DNA from: Eledone cirrhosa
Taxonomy: Eukaryota
Direction: 5' to 3'
Assembly: GCA_964016885.1 (NCBI GenBank)
Contig: OZ024740.1
Coordinates: 31,868,001-31,932,000, forward strand
DNA: 64,000 nucleotides
Both the position numbers and the translations under genes were made by a program. The stretch's first letter is position 1. Every line of letters starts with the position of its first letter. Below the pieces are notes generated by a model, which saw only the letters and a program-made list of their open reading frames with translations, was not told the origin of the DNA and ran no database searches. Positions 24,640 through 38,361 of the stretch are shown piece by piece.

Positions 24640-25077
24640 GTTTGACTCAGATATACTCAAGTATATACGGTACATCCTATTTTATGCCTAAGAAATAGGC
24701 AAAAATCCAAAGCCTGTTTATAAGCCAATGCAGGTAATGAAGACATAATGTTTCGCTGATGCAGTTTAGACATTCTCATGAGTGGAGAATATATTTATGA
24801 AGTTTTAATATTTTGATATTCAAAATATTTTAAATGTCGTTTAGAGTATAGTTTTTGTTTCACAACTCCATTATATAATGATTTTTTACCAATTTCTGAC
24901 CATTTTGAAGGTCATATTCATTCAAAACATTAAAAAAATATTTTAGCACCTCATTTACGTAGAATTTTAAAGTTGGAGTAAATCGCGAATATATTGACCT
25001 AGAATATAAACTGACCCCCATTTTACCATCGATTTTTTGTCACGTATTTCTCAGCTTATATATGAGTATATACAGTA
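24640..25077. mobile_element. Degraded pogo/Tc1-like MITE remnants
   Basis: Two right-end-like motifs, ATACTCAAGTATATACGGTA and CTTATATATGAGTATATACAGTA; no clean left end. Confidence 0.35.
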
Positions 25078-26314
25078 AATAGCATGCCTAATAGCTTTGA
25101 TGCTTTAATACTAAATGATAAAGAAGTCCCAGCCTCTAAAATGGACTCATTCTTATTGGCCAGTTCAGGTCCATTGATGCAATTGGGAGGTTACACTGTT
25201 ACAAAAGGTAGGAGTGGTGCCTCTTGGCAATTTCATATAAATTTGTAAAACAGTCAATGGCTTGACAGAGAACTCTGGTGAATGCAGCAATATGACAACT
25301 TAGATTTCTTGCTGAAACAGTAGACTGTTGTAATATGTGCAGTTTCTTAGAGAGATAAAGATGGCAGTTTGGTTGAATAAGCCAGGATCTTGTTGAGAAT
25401 ATTCCAGTTTACAATAGGGAGGCTATATCTCTGATTCTGAAGTCTCCAGATGAAATGAGACAAGGTGGTGGAGTTTTCCTGACTATGTCAAGGGAAACAT
25501 CTAGGCTCAATGGTTATTTTTTCTTAGAATGGGATGGTGAACTTTAATGTTGACTAGCTTCTTGCTAATGCCTTATTGTCATGGAGGGCAGACCTGTTGA
25601 ATATATCTCTATAAGTCATAGATTCTTTAACTAATGCCAGTTACAAACTTTCAAATTATTGTTAAAGATTGCAGTGATTGGAATTCCTAAGTATGTAAAG
25701 AGTTTCCTTATTAGGTTTTCTGTAGAAATAACAATTGCCTGAGTTGAGGTCTAAAGTATGTCCAAGAAGTTGATTGTAGTCTTCAAAACTCTATTATTTG
25801 TGTAGGTCAGAGGTTCTCAAAGTGGGTGCTTTGAGAAGATCCAGGGAGCGCTGAGATCGAAGGGGGCAGTGTGTGTGTGTGTTGCGGGGAGGGGGGGGGG
25901 GATATTTATTTATACATAGTATATATTATAGTATTTATTATATTATATATAAATTAACGATATCATTTATTGAAACAATTATTTATTATATATTATTTAC
26001 AATTTGCGTGTAGGTAGGTCCATCCTGTATAGTGGTTGTGTCACCAACACAACCACTATACAGGATGGACTGGGAACCTCTTCTGTCACCAGCACGACCA
26101 CCTGATAATGTGAACTGGGTGTTTTTGTTGTTGTGGAAACCAAGCCAAAACAAAGTGTATGAGTAGGACCTAATCACCTGACTAATCTGGCCTCAATTGC
26201 AATAGCCATCAAACTGATGCAGGCATGAAAAATAGATATTAAATGATGATGATATATGCACACACACATTTATTTGATTGATTGATTTTTTTTTTTTTTT
26301 TCAAAAATTTTTAG

Positions 26315-26445
26315 CTGATCTGTTTGGTTGCATCAGTTTCTGGGATCCTGATTTCCCAAATCAGCTTCCAAATTATGTGGAGAACATAAAGAAAAGAGCA
26401 GAACTTGTGGAGCAGATGGAACAACAATCTCTGATCAATTCATGA
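26315..26445 (+). CDS. LRRK2: LRRK2-like terminal coding exon (C-terminal helix, TGA stop)
   Basis: ttttag acceptor; ADLFGCISFWDPDFPNQLPNYVENIKKRAELVEQMEQQSLINS* resembles LRRK2 SCLTVWDINLPHEVQNLEKHIEVRKELAEKM; AATAAA at 26497-26502. Confidence 0.92.
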
Positions 26446-26624
26446 ATCTTTATAAGTGTATTATATATTATAAAAAATTATAAAAGTCTTTTTAAAAATA
26501 AAAGAAAACTATTTAAAGAATATTTCTAATTTTGTGTTTTAAATATCAAAATAATCAAGGATTATGAGAGTTTTAGCGAAATCACTAACTTTCAACTTCA
26601 TAAGACAAATAATGAACTTCTTAA

Positions 26625-26845
26625 CCCTTTAGCATTTAAACCGGTTGTATCCGGCCAGAATTCTCTCGTCTCTTTCTGTTCAAACTGGCCATAACCAGCC
26701 CCTCATACTTATGTTAAGGTATTGTTCTCAAAATAAATGACATCAAAGTCTCATAGATTCAATATTATGTGAAATAATTATGTGAGGTAAAGACTTTACT
26801 GTGAAAATACAATAGTAAATATAGAGTAATGTGAATGCTAAAGGG
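26625..26845. mobile_element. piggyBac-type MITE, family P1
   Basis: TTAA-CCCTTTAGCATT...AATGCTAAAGGG-TTAA. Confidence 0.9.
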
Positions 26846-27279
26846 TTAAATCTATTATTATTTATCATATTTCAGTCAGAGATTGGAATTGACATTTTGA
26901 CACTATAACAGAATTAGATTTAGGTAGGTTGGAATTCAGCTGGTTAATAATGTTTCAATTGATAAGTTGTACAGGTGGTTTACAATGTCTTGAATCTGTA
27001 ACTTGAGTTATTAAACATTATAAACATCAATTTCAGACAGACGGAAACGAGAAACAGGCCTAATAAGATCCAGTCAGTGAGTCTGTTGCTCTTTTTCTGC
27101 CATAAAGTGATGTCTATGTCTAATATGGTTTACATTAATATGTTAGCAGTTAATTTTATTTAAAATAGTATAGTTGTATGTGTGTGTATGCAAATACATA
27201 CATGTATGAATGTATATAAACATATTTATCTATAAGAACAAAACAGTATAGTTTATATGAAGCATTGTGAGATATGTAA

Positions 27280-30200
27280 TCTATATATATAAAACTGAGG
27301 ATGTCTGTCTGTGTGTGTATGAGTTTGAATCCCTAAAACTCGAGAAGCACCCAACCGACTGTTTTCAAACTTTACACATGTAATACTTATGTTTCAGGGA
27401 GTGTTCTGAGCAAAAAGAATTTCAAATTTTCAATGCCATAGGGACCACGTTAGGCGATTTAGCTATCTCTCTCTATAATTCTTAGTCTTTCTCTTTTTAG
27501 ATAGATACATATATATAACATCGCACCCTTATAATATCTGTCTCTATGTCTGGCTGTCTGCATTACGTCACTTCCCACAATTCCCTCTGCTTCCAGAATG
27601 CGCCCTTATAATATCTGTCTGTATGTCTGGCTGTCTGCATTACGTCACTTCCCAAAATTCCCTCTGCGTGCAGATTTTCCACTTACGGCCCACTGCCTCC
27701 GGTTATTCTGCCACCCTTGCTCAAGACAAATCTCACTCATTCCCCAAACAGTTGGTAAGTGCACACAACTTCTTCCTCACGTTTTAAGCCACAGTGTTGC
27801 TTACTTACGTACCACCAGACCCTTACTTCTTTGCCAGCCGTGGCTGTGGCAATACTAAGCTTAGCTAAGGCGGTTATATATTTCACACAACACTAAAAAT
27901 GAAAGGTGGTAACTATGTATTAGTCAGTCTCTTCTTCATACCGTGAGCAAAGAAAATCCAACTTTTAGTGGAGCAAGTGAAATAAAGTCGATCCTACTGC
28001 GATTTGAAAATCAGGTTTGCAGGTTATATACTCCGCTAAGCTTCCTGATCCGTCTGCAGACAAAGATCTCTACGAAATAGTGAAGGCAAACATGATCCAT
28101 GGTCCATGTGGGCGTGGTTTCAATTTGAGCTCACCTTGCCTGAACAACAATGTCTGCAGCAAAAGGTTTCCCCGAAAGTTCCTTAAAGAAACCCAGCCGG
28201 ATCAACGTCGTGTTTACACCATTGTTGCTGACCATGTGCGCCAAAGAAAAGGAGGTGTGTTCTTTCTGGATGCTCTTGGAGGGACGGGCAAAACATTTTT
28301 AACAAGCCTTCTCCTTGTAAAAGTCAGGATGCACAATGACATTGCGGTTGCTGTAACTTTGCTGCCCAATGGCAGAACTCCATTTTTAAATTGCCCCTCA
28401 ATTTAATGAAGTCAGAAACACCCACTTGCAGCATCAGCAGGAATTCCGACCAGGGCCAAGTCCTGAAACGGTGCCAACTCATTGTCTGGGATGAGTGTAC
28501 CATGACGCACAAAGGAGCTCTTGACGCATTGAACACAACCCTCCAGGATATCAGAGGCTGCCAGGATCCGATGGGAGGTGTTACGCTTCTGCTTTCGGGC
28601 GACATCAGGCAGACCCTCCCAGTAATTCCCAAAGGTACATGAGCTGACGAGGTCCAAGCATGTCTGAAGTCATCTCTCCTATGGCGCCATGTCAGGAAAC
28701 TGACTCTTACAACCAACATGAGGGCTTAATTGCACGGTGACCAAACATCCGCTGATTTTGCATGGAAAATTCTGAAGCTTGACGACGGCAACATGCCTCT
28801 TGACGCTGAAGGCGAACTGGAAGTGTGGCCATTTGCGACTTCTGTTAATTCTGGGACAGAGCTCAAAGACAAAGTGTTTCCGGATTTGCAACACCATTTC
28901 CAGGACCACGCATGGTTGTGCGAAAAAGAGCAGTGCTTGCTCCAAAAAACGCCACTGTAACAATTTCAACGACCTGTTACTGGATTCCCTTCCTGGTGCT
29001 CTTCGCAACTACAAGTCTGTTGACACGATGCCCGATCCAAATGAAGTGGTGAACTTACCACCAGAATTCCTAAACTCCTTACAGCCTCCGGGACTACTGC
29101 CCAACATGCAAAGCCTTAAAGTAGGGACTCCTGTTATGTTGCTGTGGAATTTGGAGCCACCGAGGCTGTGCAACGGAACATGCCTGGCTGTAAAGAAAAT
29201 GACGGACCATGTTATCGAGGCAACAATCTTTTCTGGGTGCGGAAAAGGTGACGATGTCTTCATTCCAAGAATTCCTCTTACTCCCTCGGGAGCCGAAATT
29301 CCATTTACCTTCAGAAGACTGCAATTCCCGCATCGGGTCAGTTTTGCCATGTTCCAGGGTCAGACTCTTTCTGTGGCCGGACTTCTACTGGAGGAGCCCT
29401 GTTTCTTCCACGGACAATTGTACGTTGGGTGCACTAGAGTTGGCAGCAGGGAGAGGCTTTTTGCATTTGCACGACGAGGGATAACAAGGAACATTGTTTA
29501 CAACGAGGTGTTATAAATGCAACAGCGAGAAGGTAGGTTCATTATTGCCCTTTCTTAAACCAATCTGGTCACAATTCGTACGGGCTACTAACTGAAATGC
29601 GTTTTTTCTACGGTTTAAGGTGAACCCTTCAGCTAAGAACCTTCCCCTTGACAATTGGTGTAAGGTCATTAAGCAGATTGTTGTTCATTGGGTGCTCTAG
29701 AGTTGGCAGCTGGGAGAGTCTTCTTGCATTTGCACAAGGGCGAGGTAGGTTCGTTATCAACATTTCTTAAGGCAATCTAGTTGCCATTCATACGGCTTAT
29801 TACCTGAAATACGTTTTCCCTCGGTTTCAGGTGACTACTTTCAGAGATGGACCTTCTGCTTCGCACTCGGCGCGTCAATGTATGGCTGTTAAACGGACCG
29901 CGATCACATTCTGATTCATTCTAAAGGCTACCAGTGGAAGCAACAGTAACACTCTCCTTCAAATGTCAGAGAACGTAGTCAGTCACTATTAAGGGCTACA
30001 AGTGAATGCTCACATGGTCCTTTTTAGGGCCACCACTTGAAATTGTTGATGGTTACCCCTCCTTACTGGGATGTCAGTGAACGGCTTACAAGGCCCTTTT
30101 AAGGGCCCTTGAAATAGCTGATGGCGACCTTTTCGTTTAGGGCTGCCAGTGAATGCGCACACGCCTCGGGGCCCATTTTATTGCACCATTCCTCTTTAAA

Positions 30201-31048
30201 TTTGTTAAATTATACCCACAGTTTAGTAAACGTTTGTCCAATTGTGTTTACTTACTAGGGTGCAGTGGACTCCTTCGAGAAGGCTCCACATGCTGTCCGA
30301 TTGCACGTCATGCCTTGCTCAAGCATTGCAGACTTCCCTCTGACATAAGTGGTGACTCATGCCACTTTATTAAAGTACAAAAGCACCAGCGCCGATTTTC
30401 TCCACGTGGAAGGAGAAGCAAACCTAATACTAATTGCATCAGAGTATTCAGTTTATTTTCTTTACATATTGTCCAGGCATGCAGTTTTTCCACGATTAGG
30501 TCTGTTGGCGGCCCGCGTTATGTTTCAGGGAGTGTTATGCACATAAAAAATTCAACATTTTGATCCCCTAGGGCCAGCATTAGGTGAAAAACTGCATTTT
30601 TTCAGCTTTTTAGGGGTATTTTGAGGCGTTACTCAGATCGATTTCCTTGTAATTGTAACTATTTTATTAGTCAGTCTCTTCTTCATACCGTCAGCAAAGA
30701 AAATCCAACTTTTTTATGGCCTAGGGCCCACATTAGGTGAAAAACTTCATTTTTTCAGCTTTTTAGAGCTTTTTTTAGGCGTTACGTCTAGCCGATTTTC
30801 TCGAAATTTCAAGGCATATTATGCACATAAAAAAAATTCATTTTCTTGATGCCCTAGGGCCGGCATTAGGTGAAAACCTGCATTTTTCTGCTTCATCGAG
30901 AAAAATCTTAAAGATTATCCAGCCATCAGAGTATTCGGTTTATTTTCTTTACACATTGTTGAGGCATGCAGTTTTTCCACTATTAGGTCTGTTGGCGGCC
31001 CGCGTTCCAAAATACTTTATCCCATGCAACGTCGGGTACCACTGCTAG
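27280..31048 (+). mobile_element. Helitron, internally deleted
   Basis: Inserted between A and T; 5' TCTATATATATAAAA; 3' imperfect hairpin CCCATGCAACGTCGGG then CTAG; Rep and helicase remnants inside. Confidence 0.92.
28017..29516 (+). pseudogene. Helitron RepHel remnant (short Rep piece fused to PIF1-family helicase)
   Basis: MIHGPCG...CSKRFPR (Rep); GGTGKTF, IVWDECTM, GDIRQTLPV, LCNGT, QFP, QGQTL, HGQLYVG (PIF1); stops and frameshifts. Confidence 0.92.
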
Positions 31049-31338
31049 TAAATAATAAAGGGAATATTAAGAAAGCCCGTGCAATGTGAGGAATATAAAG
31101 ATGGAACTGGGGTAAAAAGGTAACAAAATAAAACAAAACAAAGTTTTTACTCAATATATTTCATATTTCAAGGTAAAGACCTTCTTTTGAAGAAATATTG
31201 TGAAATATATATAAGGTGAATGCATTGTACCAGCTTTCTCCAACACTCTTTACTATTTATTATATGGTGATCACTTCATCTTCGCAAAGGATTGCCGTCT
31301 CTCTGTAAACCCCCAAATATCCCTTCATGACCTCTTAA

Positions 31339-31556
31339 CCCTTTAGCATTTAAACCAGCCATATCCGGCCAGAATTCTGTCACCTCTCTCTGTTCAAACC
31401 AACTGTAACTGGCTGTTCATACTTATGTTAAGGTATTGTTCTCAAAATATATATTAAAATCTCGTAGATTCAATATTATGTGAGATAATTATGTAAGGTA
31501 AAGCCTTTACTGTGAAAATATAATAGTAAATATAGAGTAATGTAAATGGTAAAGGG
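31339..31556. mobile_element. piggyBac-type MITE, family P1
   Basis: TTAA-CCCTTTAGCATTTA...TAAATGGTAAAGGG-TTAA. Confidence 0.9.
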
Positions 31557-33721
31557 TTAAGTGGATTTTAAGTCCAGATGCAAATTTACATGATCTGCAG
31601 AAAATGTGACAGACAGAAGATGTACGCTCTATTAAATTGATTGGGTCAGTTTGTGGGATGTCATCCTAATGTACTCTCATATGCCTTTTAAAATCAGAAA
31701 TTGATTTGCAAATTTTTCTGCACCTCACACATGCTATCTCACCTACTATTTATCATATATATCTACATATAAAGACATAAAATGCAAGCCTTCAGGTGCA
31801 GACATGCATTTATGCAAACACACACACACATAAACATCTTAATAAATTTTCTGTTTTTAACAGTTTAATTATGTTTCAATGAAGGGTATGAACAATGAAA
31901 AATGTTTTGATAATAAAAATAATAAAAATCCATTTTTCAAAGGGTAAATAATAATTTATTATCATCATCAAAATCAGAAAAATAAAGAATATATCAAATA
32001 AATACTGAGATTGAATAAATGGAAGTTACTCAGCTTCATAATCCAAACAAAAAGAAATGTTCTTTCATTTTATATAATTTTGGATAGCTGGACAGATGAA
32101 GATGCCAAAGCCTACGAAAGGATGTCTTCCCCAATACTTAAACTGCAAGAGTTATATCACAATATTACAGAAGTTCTTTATTTATACCATCTTTAAAATA
32201 AATTTATTTTTAAGACAAGACATTTAAGTTACTTTTTTTAAATTGGTAAAAAAAAAAATACTTTTCAATAACATCAGTCTTTTAGAATGGTACCTCCTCT
32301 AATGTTTACAAGGCTGACAGCTCGGCTGTTAAGTTATGTGTATTAAAATACCACTGCTACAAATGGAAGGTGATTCAATTTTGATAGATTTGAAATGAGA
32401 AATAAAATTCAAAACACTGGGTGAAAAATATTTACAGTAAGTATTTCAACAAAAATGCTATATTCTAAACATTTTGCTTAAAAAAAAGAGAAAATCCCTG
32501 GCACAAAATAAGAGAACAGATTAATGTTTTAAACAGCTTGAAACAACAAGGTAAGAACATTAGCAGACAATGTTGTATAGAAATTATTCTGATAGCAAGA
32601 ACAAAACTATAATTCTAATACACTATTTAACAATATTAAAATATATACTTTTAAAGAGTTTCTTTTATAAATGAATACTTTGTTTCATTTTTAGTGTTTT
32701 TTACTGCATAAAGCTAGAATGTTAAGGTTTCATCATATTTTTCATTACACAGGGCTTATGTATAAAGTTGTTTTGGTTGTGGAAGATGAAATTTTTTTTT
32801 TTTTTCTGAGCAGACAACAAATGAAAAATGTATTGTTATTTATCACAACCAAAAGTGTTTACAGTTTTTATTGAAAAATAAATGAGAAAACACTGATGAC
32901 ATAGCTATAAACGTCTTTAATGTTCTCTCTGATATTATTCTTGTTAAATTAAATACACTAGTGAATAAGAACTATTCTTGTAACACTGTCATAATAATAG
33001 TTTGGGATTTAAAGGCATGATGTGGATGAACAGTGAACTGGTACACTATTGACTTTGCCATTGGAACATTCCTCTTCTTGCCTTTCCTAGACAATCTTCA
33101 TAAAAATGAATATTACTGCTACTCAATGGAAGTATAATAAACTTTCTCAAATATCTAGATTAAATATAAATATTTGCAAAATTATTTAGATTGTGGAAAC
33201 AAAATATACTTGGTGTCCTAGCGTTCTCTCTATTTAAAAAAATTTACATGTTACTAACCTAATCTATAGGAAGGATTACTATGAATTTATTGATTTAGGC
33301 AATTTACCACAAGACCAAATAAAATAGGAGTTAAATAGCAAGCTAATTGGAAGTAGTAAGCAGATAGGCATAACAACAGTAGAGACCGAGAAGCTAACTT
33401 GATTGAAATAATAATAATAGTTAGAGGAATAGAGAAGTCCAAACTGTAACACAGCTAGTCATCCATGGCCATAGATCAAGATAGGTGATTGGTATTGTAA
33501 TAAGCCCCTACTCATTAAGAGATAAGGAAGCACAATTTTATATCATAAAATTCCAGTCAGAAATACTATGTACCTTATCTCATTAAACAGATTCAAATAA
33601 TAGTAAATGTGCAAAGGTATTTTACTTCCTCTACAAGAGACTTAGAAATGGGTTTTTTTAAACTATTACTAACTTCCTAATACATTAATGTAAAATATTT
33701 AAATAATGAAATAAATATATT

Positions 33722-33904
33722 AAATAATTGTTCCTACTTTTGGCACAAGGCCAGCAATTACCCAGTGTATTACTGGTACTTTATTTTATCGACCCCGTAA
33801 GGATGAAAGGCAAAGTTAACTTCGGCAGGATTTGAACTCAGAATGGCAAGGGCCATAACTCTATGCGTCAAAGCATGGTGTCCGACCGTCTACCGATACT
33901 GCCC
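33722..33904 (-). mobile_element. SINE family B
   Basis: Same sequence as 15435-15620 and 56830-57005. Confidence 0.85.
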
Positions 33905-34117
33905 TATCATTTCATTTCATTTTCGTCCGCTTTTCCCTGCTTGCAAGGGTGGGACAGGAACTGATTCTGGCTTGATTTCTACAGCTGGATGCCCTTCCTA
34001 ACACCAACCTCATTTACAGTGAGTGCTGGGTGCTTTTTTGCCATGGCACCTCCACAACCACTTTGCAGTGGAATGATATGGACCCCAGTCCCTATCATCT
34101 CATTTCTACAGCTGAGT
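33905..34117 (-). mobile_element. RTE-tailed CORE SINE, 5'-truncated
   Basis: Matches the 3' part of 61101-61448. Confidence 0.85.
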
Positions 34118-37100
34118 AGAACAGTATATGAAGTTCATTATTTCCACAGCTTAATTTACAACACAAACGAATTTTAAAATGAGTATTCATAATTCCCTGT
34201 CTAAAATTATAACCATTATTGATGTTATATTAATCTATATATCAGAAGAGATTAATGTTTGTTCATTGTTCATGAGAAACAGCTCCCCATCAATGAGTTC
34301 TGTATGAACTGTTAATGTCTCTCCTAGATTTTTAAATAACCCGAAAAAAAAAAAAAACCATTTATCTTCACAAATACGTTTTTCTTTTGATTACAAAGCA
34401 GAGCTTATAAATTGCACTGAAAACTGGTGCTGATATTCAACCAGTTGATAGGAATGCTTCTGGTGGTCCTGTGGCTTTTGGGGTCTTTCTATTTATGTGT
34501 GGTTGCAAATTGCTGATAATTATACCTAATCGATATTCCTTAAAATATATTTACAGTATTTTTGTTTCATAGAACTAGATTGTTGGATCTCTAATCTATG
34601 ATACATTGAAGAATATTTGCAATGGACAAAACATAGGAGTGATGAGTATATCATTGATAAAGTTGTATAGAGCCAACAGTGAGTGAATGGAAATTATTGA
34701 TTACAAAACAATGACCTTAGAGTTTATTATATTTAGTATTCAGACAATACTATTTACATACATTGGTGTGTAGAGGAAGAGTAGGATGAAGTTTAGGTGG
34801 AGGTATTGATAGTGTTATTGTAAACAAAGCAGAGAGAAAAACAGATGTTGGTGGCAGGGCTGCTGGTAATAAAAATTACTCTTGTTGTCCCAGACCATAC
34901 ACACAAAAAACACAGCTAAACTTAATAGAAATACAGTTAGCAATGGATTGTGATTAAGTGACTATGTATAGAGTGTCAATATATTTCCTAATGGTCTTAG
35001 TGCAATAGTTATAGATGTTAACAATATTATTAGCCTTCTTTGCCTTGAAAGCAAGTTTACACTTCTATAAGAACATCTTATATGAGGATATTAAGTTTCC
35101 AGTTTTTAATATGTGAAATATAGAGGAACATATTGAAAAAGATTCTGCCTATTATATTTTGGACCATTTCAGTACAATTATTGCTCTGGTTATCCTGTAT
35201 AGAGCTGCTACATACCAAACCTATTAGTTGATTTAAACAATTAGAAGATTGAGAATGCAGTATACTAGCAGTGATAAAATTCCAGAGTAAGAACCAGTAA
35301 AGGTCCAATTATAAATGTAGAAGTAGAGTTTTGGTAAAGAGAAGTATTAATATGTTGGGAGAGTCAAAAGGACATTCAGATATGTATATACAAGAAAAGA
35401 TAAGCTGAAAGAAATTTCAGGTTATGCACCAGTAGAATCAATAAGAGTAAAGTGAGAGAACTGGATCTCAGGATAAGATTAATTCTGCAATGCCACAATA
35501 GATGTTCTCACAACAAGAAATGGTGTAATGTTATAGCTAACGAGTACAAAAATCAAGTTGGAAACATTTTAAAGGATTTTCATTCCAACTAACCAGAAAT
35601 AATTTTTCTTATGTTCTAGTAGCTTGATGTGTAGTCAGGATAGTATATGAAATATTGGTATATGGGGTTCCAATCTTTTGCATAAAAATAGAGGGAGTAT
35701 AGCCAGGTCAATTAATAATTAAGGCGATGGGTAGAGAAAGGTTAAAAAGTTAATGTTGGAACTTGGATTTCTGTCAGTATATAAAGACTAAACCCATTAA
35801 AGAAAAATTCTGGAGTTAGGAAGCACTTATTTTTTTATTATTATTATTGCAATTGGTTTTCAAACCTACATGAAGTTGTCAAAGGTCAAAGAAGCTGATC
35901 ATCATGTTTTTATTGGTATTTCCATTGCTTGCAGAAGCATCACATATGTTTTCTGGTGACAAGCAAGTGACAACATTTGACCTCAGAATGTACAGAGCCA
36001 GAATAGATACTGGAAGGCATCCAATCCCATCCAGTCCAATACCTTAACAATTTTGTCAATCCACTGCTTCTGAACTGGTACTTTATTTATCAATCCCAAA
36101 AGAATGGAAGGCAAATTTGACCTTGATAGGATTGGAATTCAAAGTGCAGAGGGCCAGCTTGAATCATCATCAATCACTGTTTAACATCTATTTTCCATTC
36201 TTGCTCGAGTTAGACAGTTGACTATGTCTTGCTCGTACAGATCTATTTTTGACTTTATTTCTACAGCTCGATGCCCTTCCTAACACCAACCGCTTTACAA
36301 GGTGGACTGGGTGCATTTCATCATTGCATATAAATCAAGATGAATATGAATATGCTTCAGAGAGATAACATCAATAGACAGTTATACTTTTGATGACAAA
36401 ATATCTAATAACGAGAGAAAATAAATATAAAATGTTAAGCAACAGTAAATCATTTTTAGTCTTTAAAATGAATGGTAGATCACCCGTTAAATATAATAGC
36501 TTTTAAAAAAGATAGCAGCTTAAACCCTTGCAAAATTTCATACACAGCCCAACAGGTGAATTTTGTGGGTCTATAATTACCCCAAAACTGGAACTAACAC
36601 ATATGAGAAGTACCGAAATATAGTACTGACCTGGCTATATAATTTACTTGTCAAATAGAAAATATTCACTAAATAACTAACTAAAAATCGACTGATATTC
36701 CAAGAATATTAAAAATATATTGTTACTTTGTCTCATATATTTAAAAAACAAAGCATATTTCCTCTTGATTTAAGTTAAGGACTAAAACACTCTCTTGAGG
36801 GGGTTTCTTCTCTGAAGACCTTCTGAGAGTTTCTTACCACTCTAACCTCAATTGTTAGGCTTAACATTTAATGTTACACATATACACACATATATGCAAG
36901 CGTGGAAGATGGACGTTAAACGATGATGATGATGATGATATACCTATATATATTTCTGTATGTGTGTGTGTTTGGATTTACAAACAGGAGAAAGAGAATA
37001 CAATACTGAAAACAGAGTATATATAATCTTTATTAACTGGGCTAGCTACAAGGGTAACTAAAGAGCCTAAAAATTTGTGCCAAGCAATTGTCAAACTGCT

Positions 37101-37134
37101 TGAAAAGTGCTTCATCACAAAACTAGTAAATAAT

Positions 37135-37180
<46 letters not shown>

Positions 37181-37186
<6 letters not shown>

Positions 37187-37770
37187 TAACAGATTAAAGT
37201 TTAAGCAAAGAATCAATGCTTTCACCCTTAACGGGATCTTCTGAAACTAAAAAAAAATCAGTCTGTGAACGCAGAAGTAAATATTTCGAAAAACATGTGT
37301 ATGTATATATTTAATAACCTTTGTCATTTTCGTTCAACTAATTTATTTACATTATTCTTAACTCCGAAGCCGAGAATCATTCGGTTTCCTAAATAGAATA
37401 TTAGTCTAATGACTCGGTTTATACCATAAACGTGGTTTTGTCTTTACGTGTAATTGTTTTCATCGCTCCACATAACGACATATTATCTTCACTTTTTTCC
37501 ATTCATTGCCAGGGAACGACTTCACGAACCAAAGTATCATCTTCCTGTTTTTCTCCGGTTGCAATGTTTTTCGAAATATTTACTTCTGCATTCACAGATT
37601 GATTTTTTTTTAGTTTCAGAAGATCCCATGAAAGCAGCGATCTTTGCTTAAACTTTAATCTGATATTTTAATAAATATTTGCTCTAGGGTTCTTATATAT
37701 TTGGTATATGTTTATCCTTATCGAGCCCTTTTCGGATTTTAGTCTTCATATTTATTATTATTACTATATA
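37181..37770. mobile_element. Fold-back non-coding element with hammerhead-like motifs (family H), probably Penelope-derived
   Basis: Inverted arms 37181-37298 and 37564-37671; downstream part homologous to 51180-51300. Confidence 0.7.
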
Positions 37771-37835
37771 TATATATATATATAAACACACACATACATA
37801 TGTATGTATATATATATACACGTACATATGTATGT

Positions 37836-38177
37836 CATTTCATCATCATTTCATTTTACGTCCGCTTTTCCCTGCTTGCAAGGGTGGGACGGGAACTGAT
37901 TTTGGCTTGATTTCTACAGCTGGATGCCCTTCCTAACACCAACCTCATTTACAGTGAGTGCTGGGTGCTTTTTTGCCGTGGCACCTCCACGACCACTTTG
38001 CAGTGGAATGATAGGGACCCCAGTCCCTATCATCTCATTTCTACAGCTGAGTAAACTGGAGCAATGTGAAATAAAGTGTCTTGCTCAAGGAAACAACACA
38101 TCATCCGGTCTGAGAATTGAACTCACAACCTTTCGATTGCAAGGCCAATGCTCTAACCACTAAGCCATGTGCCTCCA
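37836..38177 (-). mobile_element. RTE-tailed CORE SINE, full length
   Basis: Reverse complement of 61101-61448. Confidence 0.92.
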
Positions 38178-38191
38178 TGTATGTATGTATG

Positions 38192-38224
<33 letters not shown>

Positions 38225-38361
38225 ATATGTATGTATGTATATATATATACACATACATATGTATGTATATATATATATATATACACATACATATGTATGT
38301 ATATATATATATATATACACATACATATGTATGTATGTATGTATGTATATATATATATATG

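Noticed and set aside
34400-35800. Additional host gene on minus
   Set aside because: No sustained frame or convincing splice sites; more like a heavily decayed LINE, too degraded to call
37924-38163. Recurrent 79-aa ORF MPFLTPTSF... seen several times
   Set aside because: Antisense frame of the SINE; the repetition reflects copy number
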